Below, one piece after another: positions 1 to 8,064 of a stretch of DNA of 13,201 bases. The stretch is from contig MCBF01000001.1 of NCBI GenBank assembly GCA_001742785.1, positions 458,164 to 471,364 of the forward strand, in the 5' to 3' direction. Each line of letters opens with the position of its first letter. Position 1 is the first letter of the stretch. The DNA is from Candidatus Altiarchaeales archaeon IMC4 (GTDB taxonomy: Archaea > Altiarchaeota > Altiarchaeia > IMC4). The translations under genes and the position numbers were made by a program. The notes beneath the pieces are model-generated. The model saw only the letters and a program-made list of their open reading frames with translations, was not told the origin of the DNA and searched no databases.

Positions 1-394
1 TTCGCAGCTTCGAAAGATGTCGCTGCGCTCGCACATCGGGGCGGAAAGCCGCGGGAAAACCGTTGACTCGGAACTCCTGCGGCAAACGCTTGAGAACATA
101 AACGACCCCCTGACGAAAAGCCCGGAGATCGTGGGCGACTATTTTGCAGATATGAACCAGGTCATGAAGAAAGTCCACGGCGGCCTAAAGAAGGGCGGCA
201 AGTTTGCCTTGGTCGTAGGCAACGCGTGCCTGCCGGGTACGACCATTGACGTAGACCTGATACTTGCCGAGCTTGGGCAGAAGATGGGCTTCGAGGTAAA
301 GGAGATATTGGTCGCAAACGTGCGCTGGTGCGACGTCCATGGAATAAACAAGGACAGGCCCGTGCGGGAGAGCATAGTTGTCCTTGAGAAATAA
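1..394 (+). CDS. C-terminal part of a DNA methyltransferase (N4-C/N6-A class); 5' end lies outside the window
   Basis: Frame is open from position 2 to TAA at 392-394. Motifs 'YFADMNQVMKKVHGGLKKGGKFALVVGN', 'IDVDLILAELGQKMGF' and terminal 'RESIVVLEK' resemble the C-terminus of archaeal amino-methyltransferases. The catalytic SPPY-type motif is not in the window. Confidence 0.8.
   Translation, partial: SQLRKMSLRSHIGAESRGKTVDSELLRQTLENINDPLTKSPEIVGDYFADMNQVMKKVHGGLKKGGKFALVVGNACLPGTTIDVDLILAELGQKMGFEVKEILVANVRWCDVHGINKDRPVRESIVVLEK
311..339 (+). repeat. 29-bp direct repeat, copy 1 (inside the methyltransferase 3' end)
   Basis: GTCGCAAACGTGCGCTGGTGCGACGTCCA is identical to 1176-1204 and extends to 32 bp with 1 mismatch. 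Confidence 0.95.
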
Positions 395-400
395 CCACAC

Positions 401-868
401 CTACTTTTTGATTAGTTTGTTATATTCCTCCTTACCTAACCTAAACCCGGATGCAACTAAGTCGTCGAGGGAATCCTTTAGATTTAGCTTATCATCTTCT
501 GCGGCAAGCAATAATACACCGATTGTTCCGGATATTTTTATTCCGAGGCCTTCTGCGATTTCTCTTCCTTCTTTGTCATCAATAAGCAGAACTTCAGCGT
601 TAGTTTCCTTAGCGAGTACTATTGCTTCCGCTTCTCCTCTATCAAGATTCCGCATAAGTATTTCAACGCCAAGTTTATCCTTGACTTTTCCGGTTTTTAT
701 CCATGCGGCGCCTTTGACTTCCTTTGCTCCGAACAGATCCCCGCCGTATTCTACAACTTCCCTGTAAACTTCTTCTGGGATGTAAATCTCGGTAAAGTAT
801 TCTTTAAGAAGGTCTAACCTGTTTATTCTGGAAAGTGCAATCAAAAGCGTAGAATCGGACACAATCAT
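401..868 (-). CDS. DUF3368-type PIN-domain protein (VapC-like toxin)
   Basis: 155 aa with PIN motifs 'IVSDSTLLI', 'IPEEVYREV', 'LDRGEAEAIVLA', 'LLIDDKEGR' and a DUF3368-like 'GTIGVLL...GFRLG' tail. Confidence 0.9.
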   Translation of the reverse strand: MIVSDSTLLIALSRINRLDLLKEYFTEIYIPEEVYREVVEYGGDLFGAKEVKGAAWIKTGKVKDKLGVEILMRNLDRGEAEAIVLAKETNAEVLLIDDKEGREIAEGLGIKISGTIGVLLLAAEDDKLNLKDSLDDLVASGFRLGKEEYNKLIKK

Positions 869-1140
869 TTCTTATTTTTTACTACGTTCCTTAGGGTTTT
901 AACATCTTTTTGCGCATCTTCGGCAGAATAATCTATCGGGATGCCCCTTTTGTCGAGTATCAGTAGCATTTCCCACTTATTTCTCGCTCCGGTTAGTTCT
1001 TTTGCCTTACCCAAGGATATTTTCCCCTCTCTGTAGAGCTCCACTGCTATCGTTTCTCCGACAAATCGGTCCACATTCTTGACTTTCATCACGGAAAAAA
1101 ATGCTTCGGGCAGATTGATTCTTGTACATGTGCTTTCCAT
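865..1140 (-). CDS. UPF0175-family protein (putative antitoxin)
   Basis: 91 aa with 'AVELYREGKISLGKAKELTG...GIPIDYSAEDAQKD'; 4-nt ATGA overlap with the downstream PIN gene, the usual UPF0175-DUF3368 arrangement. Confidence 0.9.
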   Translation of the reverse strand: MESTCTRINLPEAFFSVMKVKNVDRFVGETIAVELYREGKISLGKAKELTGARNKWEMLLILDKRGIPIDYSAEDAQKDVKTLRNVVKNKK

Positions 1141-1175
1141 TTCTTATTATTTAGGTATTCATCTATATTAAAATT

Positions 1176-1204
1176 GTCGCAAACGTGCGCTGGTGCGACG
1201 TCCA
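1176..1204 (+). repeat. 29-bp direct repeat, copy 2 (intergenic, abutting hairpin array A)
   Basis: Identical to 311-339, offset 865 bp. Confidence 0.95.
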
Positions 1205-1213
1205 CGGGACAAG

Positions 1214-1411
1214 AAATTTCGCTAAACGCGAAATTTGTGTTCGCAAAACTTTGAAAAAGTTTTGGAAACCAAAAGTGTTACGCACTTTTGCGTTCCCATT
1301 AGATAAGCGAAACTCAAAGAGTTTCGGTACGCGCGAATCACTATGTGATTCAGCGTCCCGAAACTGCGTTGCAGTTTCGCGGACGCCGAAATTGCCGTGC
1401 AATTTCGAGCG
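1214..1411. repeat. Hairpin array A (7 palindromic units)
   Basis: AAATTTCGC/GCGAAATTT 1214-1236; CAAAACTTT/AAAGTTTTG 1244-1264; CAAAAGTG/CACTTTTG 1270-1290; CGAAACTC/GAGTTTCG 1308-1326; GAATCAC/GTGATTC 1335-1351; CGAAACTGC/GCAGTTTCG 1359-1379; CGAAATTGC/GCAATTTCG 1387-1407. Confidence 0.92.
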
Positions 1412-1547
1412 AATTATAACTTTCTAATGCGGATGGGAAACTTAAAACAATGCTTGGGTGATGTGACTACAAAAAAATATTTGTAGACACATATTTATCC
1501 GCACCCGCCCGATACATTATTAGCACCCGAACCAACACCAGCCAAAA

Positions 1548-2585
1548 ATGGCAAAAACCTCCCTGATCTACCACCCGGACTACCTCAAGCATGACATTTC
1601 CGGGCACTGCGAGTGCAAGGAACGCCTGATTCGTACGATGGATTTTTTTCAGGAAAAGGGCGTCTTTGACTTCTGCAAACTTGTTACACCGAAGCCATGT
1701 ACTGAGGAGGACATCCTGCGCTGTCACACGCCCGAACACCTGAATTACATAAAGAGCCTCTGTGCGCAGGGCGGCGGCGCGATAGACGGCGACACTTACG
1801 CCCAGCCGCAGACCTATGAAATTGCGCGCCTTGCCGCGGGCGGGGACATCACCGCGGGGCAGCAGGTCATGTACGGCAAATCCGACAACGCCTACGCGCT
1901 CGTTCGCCCTCCGGGGCACCACGCCTGCAAAAACCACACGATGGGATTTTGCTACTTCAACAACGCCGCGATTATGGTACGGCTTCTCCAGGAGGATTAC
2001 GGGCTGGAGAGGGTGTTCCTTTTCGACTGGGACGCGCACGCAGCGAACGGAACGATGGACATTTTCCGGGACGACCCGACGGTTCTTAACGTGTCGATCC
2101 ATCAGGATCCGCACTATTTCTACCCCGGCACCGGTTTCGTTGAGCAGACGGGGGAGGGCGACGGAGAGGGTTACACGATAAACGTCCCTGTGCAGGCGGG
2201 AAGCGCTGATGTGGACTACACGTATCTTTTGGATAAGTTTGTCCTGCCGGTTCTTGACGATTTCGAACCTGAGCTGATAGTCATTTCCGCAGGGATGGAC
2301 AGCCACAAAGACGACCCTATCTCCGGGCTTCGGCTTTCGGACAATGCGTATGGTAAAATGACTGAGATTTTTATGAAGGCTGCGAAAAAACACTGCAACG
2401 GAAGACTCATCATAGAGCTTGAAGGCGGTTATGACGTTGACGCGCTTGCGCGCTCAAACTATAACATAGTGAGGGCGCTTCAGGGAGAGAAATTCAGGAA
2501 TGTCAGGGGCCCTGTGCCGGCCTCGACGCTTATGCTTGCAAGAAAACTGAAAGAAACGTTTGGCAAATATCATGACATAAAATAA
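1548..2585 (+). CDS. Histone deacetylase-family (class II / AcuC-AphA-like) Zn-dependent amidohydrolase
   Basis: 345 aa with 'RPPGHHA', 'GFCYFNN', 'DWDAH', 'SIHQ..FYPGTG', 'INVP', 'SAGMDSHKDDP' and 'LEGGY'; metal and catalytic residues present. Confidence 0.93.
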   Translation: MAKTSLIYHPDYLKHDISGHCECKERLIRTMDFFQEKGVFDFCKLVTPKPCTEEDILRCHTPEHLNYIKSLCAQGGGAIDGDTYAQPQTYEIARLAAGGDITAGQQVMYGKSDNAYALVRPPGHHACKNHTMGFCYFNNAAIMVRLLQEDYGLERVFLFDWDAHAANGTMDIFRDDPTVLNVSIHQDPHYFYPGTGFVEQTGEGDGEGYTINVPVQAGSADVDYTYLLDKFVLPVLDDFEPELIVISAGMDSHKDDPISGLRLSDNAYGKMTEIFMKAAKKHCNGRLIIELEGGYDVDALARSNYNIVRALQGEKFRNVRGPVPASTLMLARKLKETFGKYHDIK

Positions 2586-2610
2586 AAAAATAAATAAAAA
2601 AAATAAAAAA
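2583..2610 (-). terminator. Oligo-T tract, probable archaeal-type terminator of the CxxC-x17-CxxC gene
   Basis: Minus strand reads TTTTTTATTTTTTTATTTATTTTTTATT about 35 nt after the TGA at 2645; weak hairpin at 2611-2631. Confidence 0.5.
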
Positions 2611-2644
2611 CGTTCGGATAAACTCCGGATGTCCTGTTCAAGAA

Positions 2645-2812
2645 TCAGTACCTTGGCCTCTTTTTTGCAAAACAATCTTTGCAATAAACCGGCTTACCCT
2701 GTGTCGGCTTGAATGGAACTTCGCATTCTTTACCGCACTCAGAGCATACTGCTTTGCTCATTTCCCTCGGTCCGAAATCCCTTCGCGGACCCCTCTTTTC
2801 ATATTCTCCCAT
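2645..2812 (-). CDS. CxxC-x17-CxxC domain small zinc-finger protein, 55 aa (not in the ORF track)
   Basis: Manual translation MGEYEKRGPRRDFGPREMSKAVCSECGKECEVPFKPTQGKPVYCKDCFAKKRPRY*; matches the family pattern C..CG....VPF.P....PVYC..C; GAGG RBS at 2821-2824. Confidence 0.93.
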   Translation of the reverse strand: MGEYEKRGPRRDFGPREMSKAVCSECGKECEVPFKPTQGKPVYCKDCFAKKRPRY

Positions 2813-2832
2813 CTTCGTTTCCTCTTATATAT

Positions 2833-2899
2833 GGCACAAAGGAAAAATCAGATTTTCCCGTGTGCCTAACTATATTATTGTTACGCACATGTTTATAAA
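2833..2899 (-). promoter_or_regulatory. TATA box (TTTATAAA, 2892-2899) and 5'-UTR hairpin (2833-2866) of the CxxC-x17-CxxC gene
   Basis: TATA lies about 25 nt upstream of the hairpin GGCACA-cg-GGAAAA-tctgat-TTTTCC-tt-TGTGCC, which ends 8 nt before the RBS. Confidence 0.55.
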
Positions 2900-2926
2900 C
2901 CACAAGTTTTATGGTTTAGAGAGAAA

Positions 2927-4261
2927 TTAAAAATTCAGCCTGAACTCGGCAAGTTTATCCGCGACGATTTTCTTTATCTCCTTGAGGCGTTTTTTGGTCT
3001 TTGCCTCGAAACGCAATATCAGCGCCGGCTCGGTGTTTGATGCCCTAACGAGACCCCACCCGTCCGCAAACTGGATTCTTACCCCGTCCACAGTTATCGT
3101 CTCGTACCTTTTTTTGAAGTAGCCCGCCACCTCATCCACGATTTTGAACTTCTCCTTGTCATCCACGTGGACCCTGATTTCGGGCGTCGAGTAATATTTC
3201 GGGATTGTTGCGGCGATTTCGGAAAGCGTCATACTTGAAGATGAAAGTATCTCGGCAAGCCTTACGCTTGCGAAAATCCCGTCGTCAAAACCGAACCAGT
3301 TGTCGGCAAAGAAGAAGTGGCCGCTCATTTCCCCTGCAAGAACCGCACCCTCTTCTTTCATCTTCTTCTTTATGAAAGAGTGGCCTGTGCGGTACATTAT
3401 GGGGGTGCCGCCGTGCGCCTTGATATCCTCGATGAGGCCATGCGAGCACTTCACCTCGAATATTATCTTTGCCGGGCCTTTTTTGAGTATCTCCCTTGAG
3501 AACAGCGCCAAAAGCTGGTCCCCGCGGATTATGCCTCCCTTTTCGTCAACCACCCCGAGGCGGTCCGAATCGCCATCGTACGCCATCCCGATATCCGCTT
3601 TGGTTTTCTTGACCTTCTTGACCAAATCCCCAAGGTACGCGTCAACCGTAGGGTCTGCGGGGTGGTTCGGGAAGTTCCCGTCGGGTTCGCAGTAAAGCTT
3701 GGTCACCCTGCAGCCAAGTTCCTGAAACAGTCCCGGTGCAATTTCGCCGGCTGTTCCGTTTCCCGCATCGATCACTATCTTTAGCGGCTTTTTTATAAAC
3801 GCGCGTTTTTTTATCTCCGCAAGGTAATCAGGGATTATACCGACTGTTTCGAGCCTTCCGCTTCCGGAATTAAACCCCTCCGAATCAACTATTTTCTTTA
3901 TCTCCTGGATCTCGGGCCCAGATAATGTCGCCGTGCCTCTGCACATCTTGAACCCGTTATAGCAAGGAGGGTTGTGCGAGCCGGTTATCATTATAGCACC
4001 TTCGGTTTTGAACTTGTGCGATGCGTAGTAAAGGGTGGGTGTGGGAACCACGCCGATATCAAGAACATCGCATCCCGATGACATGATGCCCCCAACCAAG
4101 GCGTTTCGAAGCTCTGGTGAGCTGAGCCTTACGTCCCGCCCGACGGCGATCCTGCCGCCGCCGATGTATGTCGCAAATGCCCTGCCGATTTTTTCAGCAA
4201 TATCTTCGGTTAAGTCTTCCCCGAAAACGCCCCTGATGTCGTATGCCCGAAATAGTGACAT
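2927..4261 (-). CDS. Phosphomannomutase/phosphoglucomutase (AlgC-like alpha-D-phosphohexomutase)
   Basis: 444 aa with 'FRAYDIRG', phosphoserine motif 'ITGSHNP', metal loop 'DGDSDR', sugar loop 'GEMSGH' and 'RASNTEP'. Confidence 0.95.
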   Translation of the reverse strand: MSLFRAYDIRGVFGEDLTEDIAEKIGRAFATYIGGGRIAVGRDVRLSSPELRNALVGGIMSSGCDVLDIGVVPTPTLYYASHKFKTEGAIMITGSHNPPCYNGFKMCRGTATLSGPEIQEIKKIVDSEGFNSGSGRLETVGIIPDYLAEIKKRAFIKKPLKIVIDAGNGTAGEIAPGLFQELGCRVTKLYCEPDGNFPNHPADPTVDAYLGDLVKKVKKTKADIGMAYDGDSDRLGVVDEKGGIIRGDQLLALFSREILKKGPAKIIFEVKCSHGLIEDIKAHGGTPIMYRTGHSFIKKKMKEEGAVLAGEMSGHFFFADNWFGFDDGIFASVRLAEILSSSSMTLSEIAATIPKYYSTPEIRVHVDDKEKFKIVDEVAGYFKKRYETITVDGVRIQFADGWGLVRASNTEPALILRFEAKTKKRLKEIKKIVADKLAEFRLNF

Positions 4262-4352
4262 ATAATGTTATGGTACTTTAGAAAAATAACTGCACCCGCA
4301 TGTTTATTCAAATGCGTCTTTAAGCATTCCTTTTTATTGTTTTATAAGGTAT

Positions 4353-4761
4353 GTCCTTTTCTTTTCGGACACGCATAACACGCGTTTCCGATTCACGCGA
4401 ACTGCAAAAAAGCAGTTCGGTGTCCTGAATTCCAATGGAATTCATGATATCGGAAACGGTGTCCTCGTATCCCTGCGAGGGATACGGGACATCGATTCCT
4501 TTGATGAATCGCTTGTCCTGCAAACCTTTGGTCTGCATGATCGTGTTCGATTATGGTGCAAGAAACTTCTCAAAGTTTCTGCACAACACAAGCGTTTCGG
4601 TTGCTACCGAAACGATGTCCCGTGTTCGCCCTGCGAACACGAGGAAGTGCTTTGCACTTGTTTGTGCCCCGTAATTGCCGCCGCAATTACGCGGGAACGC
4701 AAAAGTGCCGTGCACTTTTGGTTCCCGAAACTGCTTTGCAGTTTCGCGGAAAGAAAAGGGC
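4353..4761. repeat. Hairpin array B (about 13 palindromic units) closed by 15-bp imperfect terminal inverted repeats; MITE-like or structured RNA
   Basis: Units at 4398-4419, 4426-4444, 4466-4486, 4493-4511, 4519-4537, 4536-4555, 4561-4580, 4593-4614, 4621-4641, 4645-4659, 4670-4691, 4700-4720, 4726-4746. Ends GTCCTTTTCTTTTCG (4353-4367) and CGGAAAGAAAAGGGC (4747-4761), with TAT on both outer sides. Confidence 0.88.
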
Positions 4762-4774
4762 TATTTTTGCATAA

Positions 4775-6178
4775 TTATTTGGCCTTCAACGTTTGTATGA
4801 CGAGGTGCGTTTCGGTCTTCCTTACACCATTCACGTTTGACAGCTTCTCAAGCAGCTGGTCCAGCCGGTCGTTCGTGGTCTTTATTATCAGGTCGATGTC
4901 CCCGCTGACGCGGTAGGCCTCCTGGGTTATCTTGGATATTTCGTGGTAGGCCTCCTCGCGCGACTTCGGGTCAAGGCAGACCATAACGTAGGCCTCCTCC
5001 TTTCCGATGACGCTCCTTGCGAGGCTTATGAACTCGTCGTCAGTGAACGCGCTCTTTCTCTGCTCTGATATCGCCTTGACATCAGACAGTATCCGCTTTA
5101 TCGCGCTCTCGGTGGCATCGATTCCGTACTCCTTGAGTTTGGCCTCTATCGCGTGTTTGCCCGACATCCGCCCGATAACCAGTTCCCTCTTGTGACCTAT
5201 AAGGAGCGGGTCGAAGGTTTCGTAGGTGTAGGGGAATGCGATAACCCCGTGCGCGTGGATGCCAGACTCATGCCGGAACATGTTCTTGCCTATTATCGGC
5301 TGGGTCTGCGACACCTGAACTCTGCTAGCCTCTTCTACGAATTTCGAGAGTTTGACGAGGTTTTTTATCTGGTATTTTTTGTCCTTGTCGTACAGCATCT
5401 TGAGGGACATTATCATCTGCTCAAGGGAGGCGTTGCCTGCCCGCTCGCCAAGGCCGTTGACCGTCGTAGAAACATATTCCGCGCCCGCGGTGCATGCGGC
5501 AATCGAGTTTGCGACCGCAAGGCCGTAGTCATTGTGGGCATGGAATTCTATGGAAACGCCGGTGTCCTTGATGAGTTTTGAAACAAGGTATTTCGCCGCA
5601 GGCGGGTTCATTGCCGCAACCGTGTCGCACAAACGAAGCCGGTCGCCTCCGGCTGCCGTGCACTCCTTGATGTACCTGAGCAGAAAATCATAATCCGTCC
5701 TTGTGCCGTCCTCGGCGTTGAACGAAACGTAAAGCCCGTGGTCTTTTGCGTACTCGATTGCGGGAACTATCATTGCGATCGCCTCGTCGCGGGTCTTTTT
5801 CAGCTTGTGCTCAAGGTGTATGTCGGACGTCGCAAGCGATATCGCCACGGCATCGCAGCCTGTGTAAAGGACATCGTCGAGCTTTTCCTTCGATGCGGGC
5901 GACCAGCACATTATGCTCGGCCCGAGTTTTTCGCTTACGATCTTTTTTATCGTTTTTTTCTCGCCTTCTGATAGGACGGGTATCCCTGCCTCTATCTGCT
6001 CCACGCCGATTTCGGCCAGCATCCTTGCAATCTGCAGCTTGTCGGACTCGTCAAAAACGACACCGGCAGTCTGCTCGCCGTCTCGCAGGGTGGTGTCGAC
6101 CAGTTTGACATCCCCGAACCTGAACTCCCTCGTAACCTCTTTTTCGAAGTTGTATTTCGATACATACGTCGTCATCAT
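4775..6178 (-). CDS. Homocitrate synthase / isopropylmalate synthase family (AksA/NifV-like DRE-TIM) enzyme with a C-terminal Lrp/AsnC ligand-binding-like domain
   Basis: 467 aa with 'DTTLRDGEQ', 'FHAHNDYGLAVAN', 'NGLGERAGNA', 'FRHESGIH' and 'GRMSGKHA'; the last ~74 aa 'AYVMV...EAYRVSGDIDLII...VNGVRKTETHLV' resemble an AsnC/RAM domain. Substrate cannot be determined from sequence. Confidence 0.85.
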   Translation of the reverse strand: MMTTYVSKYNFEKEVTREFRFGDVKLVDTTLRDGEQTAGVVFDESDKLQIARMLAEIGVEQIEAGIPVLSEGEKKTIKKIVSEKLGPSIMCWSPASKEKLDDVLYTGCDAVAISLATSDIHLEHKLKKTRDEAIAMIVPAIEYAKDHGLYVSFNAEDGTRTDYDFLLRYIKECTAAGGDRLRLCDTVAAMNPPAAKYLVSKLIKDTGVSIEFHAHNDYGLAVANSIAACTAGAEYVSTTVNGLGERAGNASLEQMIMSLKMLYDKDKKYQIKNLVKLSKFVEEASRVQVSQTQPIIGKNMFRHESGIHAHGVIAFPYTYETFDPLLIGHKRELVIGRMSGKHAIEAKLKEYGIDATESAIKRILSDVKAISEQRKSAFTDDEFISLARSVIGKEEAYVMVCLDPKSREEAYHEISKITQEAYRVSGDIDLIIKTTNDRLDQLLEKLSNVNGVRKTETHLVIQTLKAK

Positions 6179-6265
6179 GTCTTCGTTTAATTATAAGTGC
6201 CAAACTTTAAAACTCCCTGTAAAACCTTTTTTTATGCCCCACTCCCATAACTAAAAGGTTTTATC

Positions 6266-8011
6266 ATGGTTAACAAGCACGTTTTAGCGTGGGTAAAAGA
6301 GATGGAGGGGCTGTGCAAACCAGACAGGGTGGTCTGGTGCGACGGCTCGAAAGAAGAAAAAGAACGGCTCACTAAAGAGGCATTCAAAACCGGGGAACTC
6401 ATCGAGTTTAACCAGGAAAAACTCCCTGGCTGCGTTTTCCACAGGACTGCCGAAAACGATGTCGCAAGGACCGAACACCTCACGTTCATCTGCACCTCGA
6501 AAAAAGAGGATGCGGGCCCGACCAACAACTGGATGGCGCCAGTCGATGCGTACAGCAAACTTTCGGGGATATTCGACGGTGCAATGCGCGGGCGGACAAT
6601 GTACGTCGTCCCGTTCATAATGGGCGCTCCGGGTTCGCACTTCAACAAAATCGGAGTAGAAATCACAGACAGCATCTACGTCGTCCTCAACATGCGGATA
6701 ATGACCAACATGGGCGACGTTGCGATGAAGGCTCTTGGCAACACAGGGGATTTCACAAAGTGCCTTCACTCAAAAGCGGATCTGGACATAAACCGCAGGT
6801 TCATCTGCCACTTCCCCGAGGACAACACGATATGGAGCGTCGGCTCGGGATACGGCGGGAACGTCCTTCTGGGCAAGAAATGCCTCGCGCTCAGGATCGC
6901 AAGCTATATGGGGCGAAAAGAGGGCTGGATGGCGGAGCACATGACCTTGATGGGCATAGAAAAACCCGACGGCGAGATAATCTATGTCGCAGGGGCGTTT
7001 CCAAGCGCGTGCGGCAAGACAAACTTGGCGATGCTTATCCCCCCGGAGTCCATGAAGGGCTACAAGATATGGACGCTCGGCGATGACATCGTATGGCTTC
7101 GGATTGGAAAGGACGGGCGCATGTGGGCGATAAACCCGGAAACCGGATTCTTCGGCGTTGCTCCCGGCACCAATAAAAAAACGAACGGCAATGCGATGAG
7201 GACGATAAGCAAAAACACCATATTCACAAACGTCCTTCTGAAAGAGGATAGAACGGTGTGGTGGGAGGGTTTGGAGGACAAGCCGGAGAAGGGGATCGAC
7301 TGGAAAGGCGACCAGTGGAATTCTTATTCTGGAAAGCCCGGGGCGCACCCCAACAGCAGGTTTACCACACCCATATCGCAGTGCCCAACGGGTTCCCCAG
7401 AGACAAACAATCCCGAAGGCGTTCCGATATCGGCCGTCCTTTTTGGCGGAAGGAGAGCGAAACTTGCCCCGCTTGTCTACGAATCGTTCAACTGGCAGCA
7501 CGGAGTATTTGTCGCAGCGACAATGGCATCCGAGCCGACGGCGGCAATCAGCGACGAGGTTCACGAGATACGCCGCGACCCGATGGCGATGCTGCCGTTC
7601 ATCGGCTACAATGCGGGCGACTACTTCAAACACTGGCTCGATATGGGCAAAAAACTAAAAAACCCGCCGAAGATATTCCATGTCAACTGGTTCCGCACCG
7701 ACGGGGAGGGCAAGTTTATGTGGCCCGGATTCGGCGAAAACCTGAGGGTGCTGGAATGGATAATCCACCGTGCAGATGGCGGCGACAGGGCCGTGAAAAC
7801 ACCGATCGGGTACGTTCCGGCGAGGGGCGTTTTAAACCTCGACGGCGTCAACGTCAGCGCGGGGGACATGGAGAAGCTCTTGTCCGTGGACCCCAAGGCG
7901 TGGATTGCCGAAGCAGAAAGCATAAAGGGGTTTTTCGACAAGATAGGGGGCAAACTGCCGAAGGAACTGGAAGATGAACGAAAGGCGCTCGTCGGGCGGC
8001 TAAAGGAGTAA
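6266..8011 (+). CDS. pckG: Phosphoenolpyruvate carboxykinase (GTP)
   Basis: 581 aa with 'DVARTE', 'GSGYGGN..LGKKCLALRIAS', 'AFPSACGKTNLAM', 'GDDIVW', 'AINPETGFFGVAPGT', 'AHPNSRF', 'FGGRR', 'DPMAMLPF' and 'WPGFGENLRVL'. Confidence 0.97.
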   Translation: MVNKHVLAWVKEMEGLCKPDRVVWCDGSKEEKERLTKEAFKTGELIEFNQEKLPGCVFHRTAENDVARTEHLTFICTSKKEDAGPTNNWMAPVDAYSKLSGIFDGAMRGRTMYVVPFIMGAPGSHFNKIGVEITDSIYVVLNMRIMTNMGDVAMKALGNTGDFTKCLHSKADLDINRRFICHFPEDNTIWSVGSGYGGNVLLGKKCLALRIASYMGRKEGWMAEHMTLMGIEKPDGEIIYVAGAFPSACGKTNLAMLIPPESMKGYKIWTLGDDIVWLRIGKDGRMWAINPETGFFGVAPGTNKKTNGNAMRTISKNTIFTNVLLKEDRTVWWEGLEDKPEKGIDWKGDQWNSYSGKPGAHPNSRFTTPISQCPTGSPETNNPEGVPISAVLFGGRRAKLAPLVYESFNWQHGVFVAATMASEPTAAISDEVHEIRRDPMAMLPFIGYNAGDYFKHWLDMGKKLKNPPKIFHVNWFRTDGEGKFMWPGFGENLRVLEWIIHRADGGDRAVKTPIGYVPARGVLNLDGVNVSAGDMEKLLSVDPKAWIAEAESIKGFFDKIGGKLPKELEDERKALVGRLKE

Positions 8012-8064
8012 ACGAGCAGATGTGTCTTATAAATTCTCAATCCCATATTTTAATTACAAAACAC

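Noticed and set aside
311..1204. 29-bp repeat pair as a diversity-generating retroelement TR/VR pair
   Set aside because: Too short, no adenine-specific mismatches, and no reverse transcriptase in the window.
1214..1411. Hairpin arrays as CRISPR arrays (also 4353-4761 and 11299-11520)
   Set aside because: There is no constant direct repeat with unique 30-40 nt spacers; the palindromes are the variable part, linkers are only about 5-10 nt, and no cas genes are present.
1163..1427. ORFs 1163..1402(-) and 1185..1427(+)
   Set aside because: Translations of the duplicated 29-mer and the palindromic array, with no protein-like features.
1467..2393. 308-aa minus-strand ORF and other long shadow ORFs (6770..7633, 7258..7977, 10336..10926)
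   Set aside because: Antisense or alternate-frame shadows of well-supported genes, with no recognisable motifs.
2454..2930. ORFs 2454..2684(-), 2709..2930(+), 2713..2898(+)
   Set aside because: They overlap the real CxxC-x17-CxxC gene (2645-2812, minus strand) in other frames.
4353..4761. Array B as RNase P RNA, SRP RNA or a tRNA cluster
   Set aside because: I found no RNase P P4 consensus pair, SRP helix-8 motif or tRNA cloverleaf with a T-loop, and it shares modules with the other two arrays.
4320..4916. ORFs 4320..4538(-), 4435..4674(+), 4553..4774(+), 4647..4916(+)
   Set aside because: Overlapping read-throughs of array B; the same peptide GTQKCRALLVP appears in an array C ORF because of the shared DNA module.
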